Of a DNA stretch of 56,236 nucleotides, positions 8,969 to 18,165 are shown piece by piece; within the stretch, counting starts at the first letter, position 1, and each line of letters starts with the position of its first letter. Under the pieces are notes generated by a model that saw nothing but the letters and a program-made list of their open reading frames with translations, had not been told where the DNA came from and did not search any database. The translations under genes were made by a program, and so were the position numbers. Origin of the DNA: Sedimentisphaerales bacterium (lineage in GTDB: Bacteria; Planctomycetota; Phycisphaerae; Sedimentisphaerales; SM23-30); the NCBI GenBank assembly GCA_963663805.2, contig CAXXMR010000034.1:1-56236 (forward strand), in the 5' to 3' direction.

Positions 8969-10696
8969 TTGCCGTTATCTGACCGCTCACCAATCCGTGA
9001 TAAAAGGGGAATTGCCGCGGCGTCGGCTCAGGCTGTGATAGCGGCGTTTTTTGTGCTATTTTTTCTTTATCCGCTTTTTCTGGCCCTGAAGGGTGGTTTC
9101 TATGACGCTCAGAAGGGGTTCACTTTTTTCTGGTTCGCCAATATCCTGCAAAATGAGACTCATCGGGGTGAGCTTTTCAATAGTTTTATCCTGGCTCTGA
9201 CTACGACGGTGCTGGTGACGATCATCTCGATTCCTCTGGCGAGCATAAACGTGAATTATAAATTTCGGGGCCAGAATTTTCTGACCGCGTTACTGCTGCT
9301 GCCTCTTATTCTGCCGCCTTTTGTGGGGGCGCTTTCGGTGCAGCGGTTTCTGTCGCAGTTTGGGATATTGAATTTACTGCTGGAGCGGCTGGGTTGGATA
9401 GAGCTGGCTCAGGCTCCCGATTGGCTGGGACAGGGATTCTGGATTTCGGCGGTCTTGCAGGCCCTGCACCTGTTCCCGGTGATGTATTTGAATCTGGTGG
9501 CGACTTTTGCCAACCTTGACCCGGCCCTGAGCGAAGCGGGAATGAATCTCGGTGCCAACCGGATGCGTACTTTCCGGCACATCACGCTGCCGCTGCTTAG
9601 ACCGGGGTTGTTCTCCGGCGGCTCGATAGTTTTCATAGGGGCTTTCACCGATATCGGCACGCCGCTAATGGTCGGCTATGAGAAGCTCACCGCGGTAAGG
9701 ATCTTCCGGGAATTATCCAGTGCCGATATTTCGCCTCGAACTTACAGCCTGGTGCTGGTACTGCTGTTTTGTACCGTTTTGCTGTTTATATTGGGCAAAG
9801 TGATTTTCGGCAATACCGAACGCAGCGAGACCAATAAAGCCTCAATCGCCAAATCATCGTCGCGACTGTCAAAAGTCGGTACTTTGGCGGCGTGGTGTTT
9901 TTTCCTGCTGATAATAATCCTGGCGGGTCTGCCGCATCTGGGTGTGATTATCACCGCCTTCGCCGAACGCTGGTACACAACGGTTTTGCCCGAGACATAC
10001 ACATTTGCTCATATGAAACTGGTCCTGACCGAGCCGGCCATCAAGAACACCATCTTCAACAGCCTGCGTTACGCCGGATTATCCACGCTAATAGACCTCA
10101 TCCTCGGTTCGATCGCCGCCTGGCTTATCATTCGCAGCCGCCCGATGGGGCATCGTCTTTTGGATGGTTTAATTATGCTGCCTCTGGCGGTTCCGGGGGT
10201 GATTCTGGCTTCGGGGTTTGTCGCCATGACTCCCAAGGGGTCATGCTTTGAAAGTATCGGTCCTATGCGTAACCCGCTTATCATCATCGTCATCGCTTAC
10301 AGCATCAGGCGTATGCCTTTTGTAGTTCGCGGCGTAGCGGCGGGGTTGCAGCAGATTCCTATCGCTCTGGAAGAAGCCGCCCATAATCTCGGCTCAACCC
10401 GATTGAGCGGTTTCTTTCGGGTCACACTGCCGCTGATAATGGGTAATATCCTCGCTGCCGGAGTGCTGACTTTCTCACTGGCGATGCTGGAGGTCAGCGA
10501 TTCGCTGGTTCTGGCTCAATTGCAGGCGGATTACCCCATCACCAAGGAAATCTACGCTCAGGCCATGTCGGCTAACCTCGACTCACACAATATCGCCGCG
10601 GCACTGGGCGTTTACGGCATGATGTTTCTGGGCGGTTCGTTAGCTCTGGCCTCTTTGCTGCTGGGCAAGCGTCTGGGAGCCATATTTAGAATGTGA
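8969..10696 (+). CDS. ABC transporter permease, FbpB-like (duplicated TM domain)
   Basis: Two EAA loops (LSEAGMNLGA, LEEAAHNLGS); many hydrophobic helices. Confidence 0.92.
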   Translation: MPLSDRSPIRDKRGIAAASAQAVIAAFFVLFFLYPLFLALKGGFYDAQKGFTFFWFANILQNETHRGELFNSFILALTTTVLVTIISIPLASINVNYKFRGQNFLTALLLLPLILPPFVGALSVQRFLSQFGILNLLLERLGWIELAQAPDWLGQGFWISAVLQALHLFPVMYLNLVATFANLDPALSEAGMNLGANRMRTFRHITLPLLRPGLFSGGSIVFIGAFTDIGTPLMVGYEKLTAVRIFRELSSADISPRTYSLVLVLLFCTVLLFILGKVIFGNTERSETNKASIAKSSSRLSKVGTLAAWCFFLLIIILAGLPHLGVIITAFAERWYTTVLPETYTFAHMKLVLTEPAIKNTIFNSLRYAGLSTLIDLILGSIAAWLIIRSRPMGHRLLDGLIMLPLAVPGVILASGFVAMTPKGSCFESIGPMRNPLIIIVIAYSIRRMPFVVRGVAAGLQQIPIALEEAAHNLGSTRLSGFFRVTLPLIMGNILAAGVLTFSLAMLEVSDSLVLAQLQADYPITKEIYAQAMSANLDSHNIAAALGVYGMMFLGGSLALASLLLGKRLGAIFRM

Positions 10697-10717
10697 TTTA
10701 ACTTTGCGAGCTTGTAA

Positions 10718-11800
10718 ATGAAGTCTATCATCATCAAAAATCTCAGTAAATCATATCAGCAGGGGCGAGAGAATATCTCTGTCCTGAAATCCATCGACTT
10801 GCGAATTGAGCAGGGCGAGTTTTTCTTTCTGCTCGGTCCCAGCGGTTGCGGCAAGACCACTCTTTTACGTATCATCGCCGGTCTTACCGAGCCCGACAGC
10901 GGTCAGATATTCTTTGATGATAAAGATGTTACGCATCTGAGCCCCGATAAGCGTGACACCGCTCTGGTCTTCCAGAGCTATGCCCTCTGGCCGCACATGA
11001 CCGTACAGAAAAACGTCGAGTTCGGCTTGAAGATGAAGAATATCCCTGCCGCCAAAAGGGCCCTTGGTGCTGCCGAACAGCTCGAAAGGGTGCAGATGAG
11101 CGATTATGCCTCACGCAAACCCAATCAGCTTTCCGGCGGTCAGCAGCAGCGGGTGGCGGTGGCCCGGGCCTTGGCCGCAGGGCCGGATTATCTGCTGCTG
11201 GATGAACCGCTCAGCAATCTCGATGCCCGATTGCGTATTCACATGCGTACCGAATTGCGGCAACTGGTTAAGAGCAGCCGCATAACCGCGGTGTACGTCA
11301 CGCATGACCAGACCGAAGCACTCTCCATGGCCGACAGGATAGCGATCATGAAAGATGGCGAAATCTGTCAGATTGGCACGCCGGAAGATATATATCATCA
11401 TCCGGTCAGTTGCTTTGTGGCGGATTTCATCGGCGAGGCCAATTTCATCGAGGGCCAAATTATAGAGGTCGGTGATTTGACGCGGATTGACACCGCCGCC
11501 GGAACACTCAAGGCGATAAACGCTGAAAATCTGACCGCCAATACCGAAGTGCAATGCTGCATCCGGCCAGAGAACATCAGAATCAGCGCTGAACCGGACA
11601 CCGCTGGGGGGATGATGTACATTCCGGCGACAATCAGCGAAGTGGTAAATCAGGGTGAAGTCCATTTGTATATCATCGAACTGGCCGATAGGCTGAGTTG
11701 GAAAATAAAGGTTCTCTCGAACCGCGAATGCCTGCTCAAATCCGGCCAAAAGGTGCATCTGGAGATCAGCCCTCAGGATATTATCGTGTTAAAAGATTGA
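10718..11800 (+). CDS. ABC transporter ATP-binding protein, FbpC/PotA-like
   Basis: GPSGCGKT, LSGGQQQR, LLLDEP, VTHDQ; C-terminal TOBE-like region. Confidence 0.95.
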   Translation: MKSIIIKNLSKSYQQGRENISVLKSIDLRIEQGEFFFLLGPSGCGKTTLLRIIAGLTEPDSGQIFFDDKDVTHLSPDKRDTALVFQSYALWPHMTVQKNVEFGLKMKNIPAAKRALGAAEQLERVQMSDYASRKPNQLSGGQQQRVAVARALAAGPDYLLLDEPLSNLDARLRIHMRTELRQLVKSSRITAVYVTHDQTEALSMADRIAIMKDGEICQIGTPEDIYHHPVSCFVADFIGEANFIEGQIIEVGDLTRIDTAAGTLKAINAENLTANTEVQCCIRPENIRISAEPDTAGGMMYIPATISEVVNQGEVHLYIIELADRLSWKIKVLSNRECLLKSGQKVHLEISPQDIIVLKD

Positions 11801-11854
11801 CCGGGATTAGTTCCGGCCAAGGATTCGGGCCGGTTATTTGATGGGAGTTTTAAT

Positions 11855-12946
11855 ATGAAAGTTATCGTAAGTGGAACCGTGGGAATTAACAAGGCTGCCT
11901 ATCTGAAGCGGGCCGCCGCCATCGCCCGGGAGCAGGGTCAGAATATGTCCATCGCTCATGTTGGTGAGATGATGTACGATGAGGCCCCGGACGTTGTTTC
12001 GGGCCGCATTCTCGATCTGCCGCTGGCCCGGCTGCATCTGCTGCGACGCAGTGTTTTTAAGGATATCCTGGCCCGGACCGAGAAGGAAGATAATCTTATT
12101 ATCAATACCCACGCGGTGTTCCGCTGGCGGCATGGTTTGTTTCCAGCCTTTGATTTTGACCAGCTCGCTAAATTTGATGCCGATATGTATATCTGTCTGA
12201 TGGACAGCGTTGACTGTCTGCACGCACGCCTGCTCAATGACCATCAGATCGACCATTCACTCAAGGACCTGCTGGTCTGGCGCGAGGAAGAAACCCTCGC
12301 TACCGAGATGATGATAAACGGCTGCCGCATGGTGAGCAGGAAAAACCGGGACGCAAAGTTTTATACCCTGGCTGTGGGAAAGGATCACAAGACCGCTCAC
12401 ACTTTTTATCAGCTTCTGTTCGAGCGACATAAAGCCCGGGCCTATTTCAGCTTTCCCATGACACATATATCCGACCTGCCCGAAACTCAGGAGGAGATCG
12501 ACAGACTGCGAGGGGTGCTCGGACGAAAATATATCATCTTCGACCCGGCCGACCTGGAGGAGCAGGATATTTTTGTGGAGGCCCTGCAAGCCTCGCAGAT
12601 GGGGGCCAAGGTAATCGAAAAGACCATCATGGGCCAGAGCTTCACCTTTAGCGTGGCCGATATTCTGGCCGTCTCCGGTGACATCCACGCCCAGATATAC
12701 GCTCGCGATTTCATGCTCATCGAACAGGCTGACATGATAATCAGCTATATCCCGGCCCTGCCCGATGGCCGTCCGTGCCTCTCCAGCGGGGTGGAACGCG
12801 AACTCCAGCACGCCCACGAAGCCACCAAGGAAGTTTACGTTATCTGGATACCGCAGGCCGCCCCGTCACCATTCGTCACCGAAACCGCCACGAAGATCTT
12901 CTATTCGGTGGAAGAAGCCATCGAGGCCCTCGATATCGGAGAATGA
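11855..12946 (+). CDS. P-loop NMP-kinase-like domain fused to a nucleoside 2-deoxyribosyltransferase-like domain
   Basis: N-terminal VIVSGTVGINKA resembling archaeal adenylate kinase P-loops; C-terminal AYFSFPM...FDP...RDFMLIEQADMII...SSGVERELQHA...KEVY fits the NDT pattern. Confidence 0.6.
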   Translation: MKVIVSGTVGINKAAYLKRAAAIAREQGQNMSIAHVGEMMYDEAPDVVSGRILDLPLARLHLLRRSVFKDILARTEKEDNLIINTHAVFRWRHGLFPAFDFDQLAKFDADMYICLMDSVDCLHARLLNDHQIDHSLKDLLVWREEETLATEMMINGCRMVSRKNRDAKFYTLAVGKDHKTAHTFYQLLFERHKARAYFSFPMTHISDLPETQEEIDRLRGVLGRKYIIFDPADLEEQDIFVEALQASQMGAKVIEKTIMGQSFTFSVADILAVSGDIHAQIYARDFMLIEQADMIISYIPALPDGRPCLSSGVERELQHAHEATKEVYVIWIPQAAPSPFVTETATKIFYSVEEAIEALDIGE

Positions 12947-13090
12947 TTCGCGGCCTTACTGACCGATAAAACTTATCGGAAACATCTTACTATAAAACGG
13001 CTAGGCAAATATGACAGCTATTATACGAAGTATCGCAAGATTGGACCGATTAGCGATCCGGACATGCGGAAATATTATCTGGCGAACCTA

Positions 13091-15077
13091 ACCCCAATTT
13101 CTCACTTAAGGGGTAAAAAGTGGATTTTTGGCTCCTTCAGGGCTGTTGGTCTGTCGCCAACAGTGGTGTTATTTTTTGAGCTGACCGCTGTATATTTTCG
13201 GTGGCTTTTGCGGCGGCATTTCCATCTTCAAATGGTATAGCAGCAATTTCTGATCGCCATCGGGCTCGGTATATCTCTGCATCAGCAGAGTCCTGCCGTC
13301 CTGGGTTTCAAAGGACACATCGAGCATCTGGATTCGTGACATTGTTTCCAAAACGGCCTGGCTGGTTATCCCGCAGGCACTGGCCCGCAGTCTGTGTCTC
13401 AAGGTCACTTGCAGACAATAGCTCATAAACGCTACAAACACGTGAGCATCGACCCGGTCTTCTTTATGGTGATAGACCGGCCGAACACCCAGATCGCTTT
13501 TGAGCTCCCGGAACGCTTGTTCTACATTACATTGCAGCATATACTCCTGCCAAAGCTCTATGCCATTCTTTCCGGTTTGATTGGTACGCAAAAAGTATGT
13601 GCCGTCACGATAAATCATTTCTCGGTATTTGTTCCTATCGAATTTATAATCAAACTCACCTTCCTCAATTCTTTCCTTTGGTTTTGGAATTGTAAGAGTA
13701 ACGCATTTATACGAACTGCCAGCATGATGTTTGAGTTTGCCCAGCCTTTGCATAAAACGGGCGTAATCACGATATTTCTTCAGCTTCTCCAGACCTTCCA
13801 GATAGTCACGCAGCTTGCGCTTACGCATAGCCCGTTCTTTAGCCATCCGCTCTTTGCTGCGGGCTAGAACATAACATTCACCATCTTTTTCGATATGCTT
13901 TATGCGAACACTGTCATTTACATCATGCCAGTTTTTCACCGAGAGTTCTTTTGAGAATTCATCCAGTAATTTACGAGGAGTACCAACAAGGTAACCAATG
14001 TCATTATCACGCATGTGCTCAAGTACCGCTTCTGTGGGGATACCCCGGTCCATCAGCCAAACCCTGCCGACTTGGCCGTATTTTGACTCTATCTTGTTCA
14101 ATAACGGCTTTAGCGTGGTTTTCTCCGAGGTATTACCCGCCCAGATTTCATAATTAATCGGAAAGCCATCGGGCGTAACTACCAAAGCTATCAGAATCTG
14201 CCGACAATCACTTCTGCGATCTTTGCTATGACCAAATTTGGCTTTAGGATTCTGTTTGCATAATCCCTCAAAATACGTACTGGTGATATCGTAAAGCAAA
14301 ATATCGTATTCCAGATTGAACATCATCTGCCAGGTATCTTTCAGATAAGAGCAAAGCTCCTCTTTGTAGGGCAATATCCTGTCCAGGCAGCGGTAAAGCC
14401 GGTTCTTTTCGGCAACCTCAAAATCACAGTCCAGCAATACATCCATTGCGGTTTGAGTAAACCAGTGCTGATGAACATAAAACTCCGCGCCGGGTTTGAT
14501 AAGACGATTTACCGTCAATAATTTAACGACTTTGGAATACTCCACCGAAGATCTTTCGGTGTCTATACGAGCGGACCAGAATTTATCCAGCCCAAGAGTA
14601 TCCCATATCTCACAGCCCAGCCAACAGTCACCAAATGTTCGGGGGTTTTCCAGCCGCATCTTTGATAATTTCACGGCAATGGTATCGACATCATGGTGGG
14701 CATGATTATCCTGGTCATAAGCAAACAATGATTTGCGGACAGGCTGGTTATCCTCGTTGATTATCTCAATAGACTTTTCCCAGGACTTCTTTTGCGAATC
14801 GGAAATCTCCCCGAGATACAGAACCATCTTCTCCACATAACGACCGCGCGAGACTTTACGCTTCTCAGCTATGCTGTAGTAGGTGTTGTACTTGCCGTTC
14901 TTCTTTCGCTTGTGCTTCTTCAGGTACATGCACATATTATCGCGGCTGAAAAACACCTGGCAATAGGGCAGGTCTGTACCAGAGCCAATATCGAACTAAA
15001 ATCGCCGCTTACAACTCAAAATCACAGAAAATATTTTTATTTTTGACGGTTTTGACCGCTAAGTGAGAAATTGGGGT
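13091..15077 (-). mobile_element. IS1634-family insertion sequence, 1987 bp
   Basis: Perfect 18-bp IRs ACCCCAATTTCTCACTTA (13091-13108, 15060-15077), each flanked by TA. Confidence 0.9.
13169..14956 (-). CDS. IS1634-family DDE transposase
   Basis: LYRCLD, LLYDITSTYFEG, FGHSKDRRSDCRQ, LMDRG, VEQAFRELKSDLGVRPVYH; true start may be an ATG a few codons downstream. Confidence 0.93.
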   Translation of the reverse strand: MFFSRDNMCMYLKKHKRKKNGKYNTYYSIAEKRKVSRGRYVEKMVLYLGEISDSQKKSWEKSIEIINEDNQPVRKSLFAYDQDNHAHHDVDTIAVKLSKMRLENPRTFGDCWLGCEIWDTLGLDKFWSARIDTERSSVEYSKVVKLLTVNRLIKPGAEFYVHQHWFTQTAMDVLLDCDFEVAEKNRLYRCLDRILPYKEELCSYLKDTWQMMFNLEYDILLYDITSTYFEGLCKQNPKAKFGHSKDRRSDCRQILIALVVTPDGFPINYEIWAGNTSEKTTLKPLLNKIESKYGQVGRVWLMDRGIPTEAVLEHMRDNDIGYLVGTPRKLLDEFSKELSVKNWHDVNDSVRIKHIEKDGECYVLARSKERMAKERAMRKRKLRDYLEGLEKLKKYRDYARFMQRLGKLKHHAGSSYKCVTLTIPKPKERIEEGEFDYKFDRNKYREMIYRDGTYFLRTNQTGKNGIELWQEYMLQCNVEQAFRELKSDLGVRPVYHHKEDRVDAHVFVAFMSYCLQVTLRHRLRASACGITSQAVLETMSRIQMLDVSFETQDGRTLLMQRYTEPDGDQKLLLYHLKMEMPPQKPPKIYSGQLKK

Positions 15078-15290
15078 TAAACTGTCTGGATGACAACATC
15101 GGTCGGATTCTGGATAAGGTCGGCCAGCTGGGGCTGGAAACGACTTTCGCGGCGTGGCAGACGGAGATGGTATCGAAGCGTTAGGCAGTGACAGGTTGTA
15201 TAGTTGTCGCGGTTGATTTGACAGGAAATCATGTAAAGCTGATTAATATTCCCGGAGTGCCCCAACCTCTCCCCGGCGTCCCCTTCGGCT

Positions 15291-16052
15291 TCACCGCGTA
15301 TCATTTTTTTTACGAAAAATCCCCAACCGAACCCCCAAAGACTTCGCCAGCCGATATTGCAATGCCGTCACCAGACAACCCAACCCATACTTGCAGCTCC
15401 GCCGAAAATTAATACTCGACGCTTCCGGAAAATATTTCGTCGGACATGTCATCTCGGCGATCTCATAACCCTCCCACAATATCTCCGCCAGCATCTGATT
15501 ATCGAAAATAAAATCATCCGAATTACCATCCAGGTCCAGCTTCTCCAGCAGCTCCCGCGAAAAAGCCCGATACCCCGTATGGTATTCCGAAAGTTTTGCA
15601 CCCGTTAAAATATTCTCCGTGAAAGTCAAAAAACGATTCGCCGAATACTTCCACCACGGCATCCCGTATTTCAGAGCGTACCCGCCCAGAATCCGCGACG
15701 CCAAAACACAGTGATAAAGCCCGTTGGCGATAACCGCCGCCATCGCCGGCACCAGCAAAGGCGTATACTGATAATCAGGATGAACCATAATCACAATATC
15801 CGCCCCATGCTCCAACGCCAGCCTATAGCAAGACTTCTGATTCCCGCCATAACCCAGATTCTCATCATGCCTATGAACCACCGTCTGCGGCAAATTCCGG
15901 GCGATAGAGCTCGTGTCATCACCACTGGCATCATCAACCACAATCACCAAATCAACTATCCCCTGGGCCATCACTTCTTCATGAGTCTTCAGAATAGTTG
16001 CCGCCGCGTTATAAGCCGGCATCACCACCACAATCTTTTTGCCATTAAACAT
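15291..16052 (-). CDS. Glycosyltransferase family 2 (polyprenol-phosphate glycosyltransferase-like)
   Basis: VVMPAYN, VVDDASGD, NLGYGG, HPDYQY, YHTGYRAF. Confidence 0.92.
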   Translation of the reverse strand: MFNGKKIVVVMPAYNAAATILKTHEEVMAQGIVDLVIVVDDASGDDTSSIARNLPQTVVHRHDENLGYGGNQKSCYRLALEHGADIVIMVHPDYQYTPLLVPAMAAVIANGLYHCVLASRILGGYALKYGMPWWKYSANRFLTFTENILTGAKLSEYHTGYRAFSRELLEKLDLDGNSDDFIFDNQMLAEILWEGYEIAEMTCPTKYFPEASSINFRRSCKYGLGCLVTALQYRLAKSLGVRLGIFRKKNDTR

Positions 16053-17788
16053 TACTTATCTGTCCCCATAATATCATCACTTCTTTTCTCATATATCCAC
16101 ATCCGCGGACTAAGCCGCCCAATCCTCTCTTGAGGCCGAATATTAATACCCCACAGCGATTGCCGGTTCGCGAAATACAAAGGACCAAACTCTGCCACCT
16201 TCACATAACCCGTCTCGTCCGCGAACAATTTCTTCCGAAACTCCGGGGCCGAATTATTCGGGATGCAGGGCCAGTCCGGCGAAGCCACCAGATATTTCGG
16301 ATAAACCTTCTGCAAACCCGACTGCGTCCGCACTCCCCGGCTGCTCCAGTCGTTAATTGCCTTATAACCATTGTAAATCAGCCGAGGCGCATAAATCTTC
16401 TTCATCGAAACCGCCACCAGCTCACCCTTATCGATATGCTCGTCAACCCACTGCTCGGCCCGTACCCGCGTGTCATTTCTCATCTCCAAATTCAGCCCGA
16501 CACTCCCCACCAGCGAAACCACAAACAAAAATACCACCGGCGGATAGCGCAACCACACCGGCACCCGCTTATATCGCAGAAAATCCGCCAGCATCTTGCC
16601 AATCATCACAGCAATCCCCACATAACCGCAAAGCATAAAACGAGGTGCGTTAAATACAATGTTCAAAACCGTCAGCAGATAAAACGTCACCAGCGGCCCC
16701 AAAGCGAACACCAGCTTCCACCGAAAACGCCAACCCCAGTAAACCAGAGCAACCACCAGGGCAGCCATATAAGGCCAACCCAACCCCAGATACAATTGCG
16801 TACAGCTCTGCCATAATATCGGTAAATGACCATGAAAACGCGGCAAAAACTCATCCTTAACCACCTGCCCCCAATGAGTAATCCGAGCAGTAAACTCTGC
16901 CGAACCGTTCCAGAACCCCTCCAATGTCAAAAACACCGTAAATATAACCGCGATTGTCACCAATATCCGCAGCGTAAAAATACTGCTGACAGACTTCTGC
17001 CACGATAGCCCATCCCGCCGAGACTTCTCAATCATCAAAGCCCACATCGCCAACCCCAGCCCTACGATAAAAGTCCCCACACCTTCTTTCGTGCAAACCG
17101 AATAGGCACAGCAAAAACCCAGCAGTAAATAATAACGCCACTTGTTAGTCTCAACCGCCTTGACGACCCCAAAACACGCCCACGTAAACCAGAACATCGC
17201 TGGTATATCAACACAACCCGAACAGCTATAAAAAATATAAATCACCGAAGTCGACAACGTCAGCCCCGCCAGACACGCCACCAGCTTATCCTTAAACAAA
17301 CTCAGCGAAATCAGAATCACCGCCCAGACTATCAGCACTGACATAATCGCCGATATCCAACGAGCAATCCCCGCCAGCTTATATAAACGCCCCGCGTCCA
17401 GAACCGAACTCACCAGCCGCCCCTGAGAATCCCGACCCTCCACCGGATGTTTCGTCCAGTGGCTCAATAGCGGCTGATAAAAAGCCGCGTTAATCAAATA
17501 CTGACCCCGCGGATACTTATGAGTCCAGGTCTTAAACAGACGCGGCATATGACAAAGTGTCTGATACCCCTCAATAGAGTCCGGCTGCCACGAAATATAA
17601 CCACACTGACCCCAGTCAAGCGCCGCCGTATTGAGCCCAAAGCTCAAGGCCAGAACCCCCAAAACACACAAAACAAAAGCCCAGCCGCCAACCCGATCAA
17701 TAAAACTCTGCCTCAATTCCAAAGCGGGCTGCGTCGACAGGCCGCTCCCGGACAGTTTTTTCCTTTTGTCTTTCCTCATAATACTCAC
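16052..17788 (-). CDS. ArnT/PMT-like GT-C membrane glycosyltransferase
   Basis: Multi-TM protein; WQPDS first loop, VDIP, CTKE, PRFML, DTR..A..W; likely ATG at 17779. Confidence 0.75.
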   Translation of the reverse strand: MSIMRKDKRKKLSGSGLSTQPALELRQSFIDRVGGWAFVLCVLGVLALSFGLNTAALDWGQCGYISWQPDSIEGYQTLCHMPRLFKTWTHKYPRGQYLINAAFYQPLLSHWTKHPVEGRDSQGRLVSSVLDAGRLYKLAGIARWISAIMSVLIVWAVILISLSLFKDKLVACLAGLTLSTSVIYIFYSCSGCVDIPAMFWFTWACFGVVKAVETNKWRYYLLLGFCCAYSVCTKEGVGTFIVGLGLAMWALMIEKSRRDGLSWQKSVSSIFTLRILVTIAVIFTVFLTLEGFWNGSAEFTARITHWGQVVKDEFLPRFHGHLPILWQSCTQLYLGLGWPYMAALVVALVYWGWRFRWKLVFALGPLVTFYLLTVLNIVFNAPRFMLCGYVGIAVMIGKMLADFLRYKRVPVWLRYPPVVFLFVVSLVGSVGLNLEMRNDTRVRAEQWVDEHIDKGELVAVSMKKIYAPRLIYNGYKAINDWSSRGVRTQSGLQKVYPKYLVASPDWPCIPNNSAPEFRKKLFADETGYVKVAEFGPLYFANRQSLWGINIRPQERIGRLSPRMWIYEKRSDDIMGTDK

Positions 17789-18089
17789 AAAAAAAGGTGT
17801 TGCCTTAGCTTGTCAAAAATCAGTAACTCACAACAAAAGTCATAAATTCAAAAAAACAACGCCGCTCATTGTCTTCTGATTATTAAAGTATGCTGAATTG
17901 CCATCTTGCAAAACTCCAGTCATTATAATACCCCCCTGCACCAATAACCACAAAAAACATAACCAACCAACCTGAAATGAGTTATCTCCCAAAACCGGTC
18001 GGCCCTGTTATCCTTCTTAAAAAACCCTCACTCTCTATCGCCAGACAATATTATCGCACATCCCCTCAATTTTTTCCCAAAAAGGCAAG

Positions 18090-18118
18090 TTGCCAGAACC
18101 AGAACTATCCGTTAGACT
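18090..18118 (+). promoter_or_regulatory. Sigma70-like promoter of carB
   Basis: TTGCCA, 17 bp, TAGACT, 47 bp upstream of the ATG. Confidence 0.55.
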
Positions 18119-18165
18119 AGTGAAATTTTAGAGACCAGCTTTAGTAGTATTGTACAGGAAAGAAC

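Larger units (their letters stand above)
12947..15184 (+). pseudogene. Sulfatase-like relic split by IS1634
   Basis: Removing the IS and one TA copy gives ...DPDMRKYYLANLNCLDDNIGRILDKVGQLGLETTFAAWQTEMVSKR*; the DDNIGRILD..GL segment is typical of sulfatases; no N-terminus. Confidence 0.6.

Noticed and set aside
16130..17879. Several plus-strand ORFs opposite the GT-C gene
   Set aside because: Artefacts of the C/A-rich strand, which is poor in stop codons.
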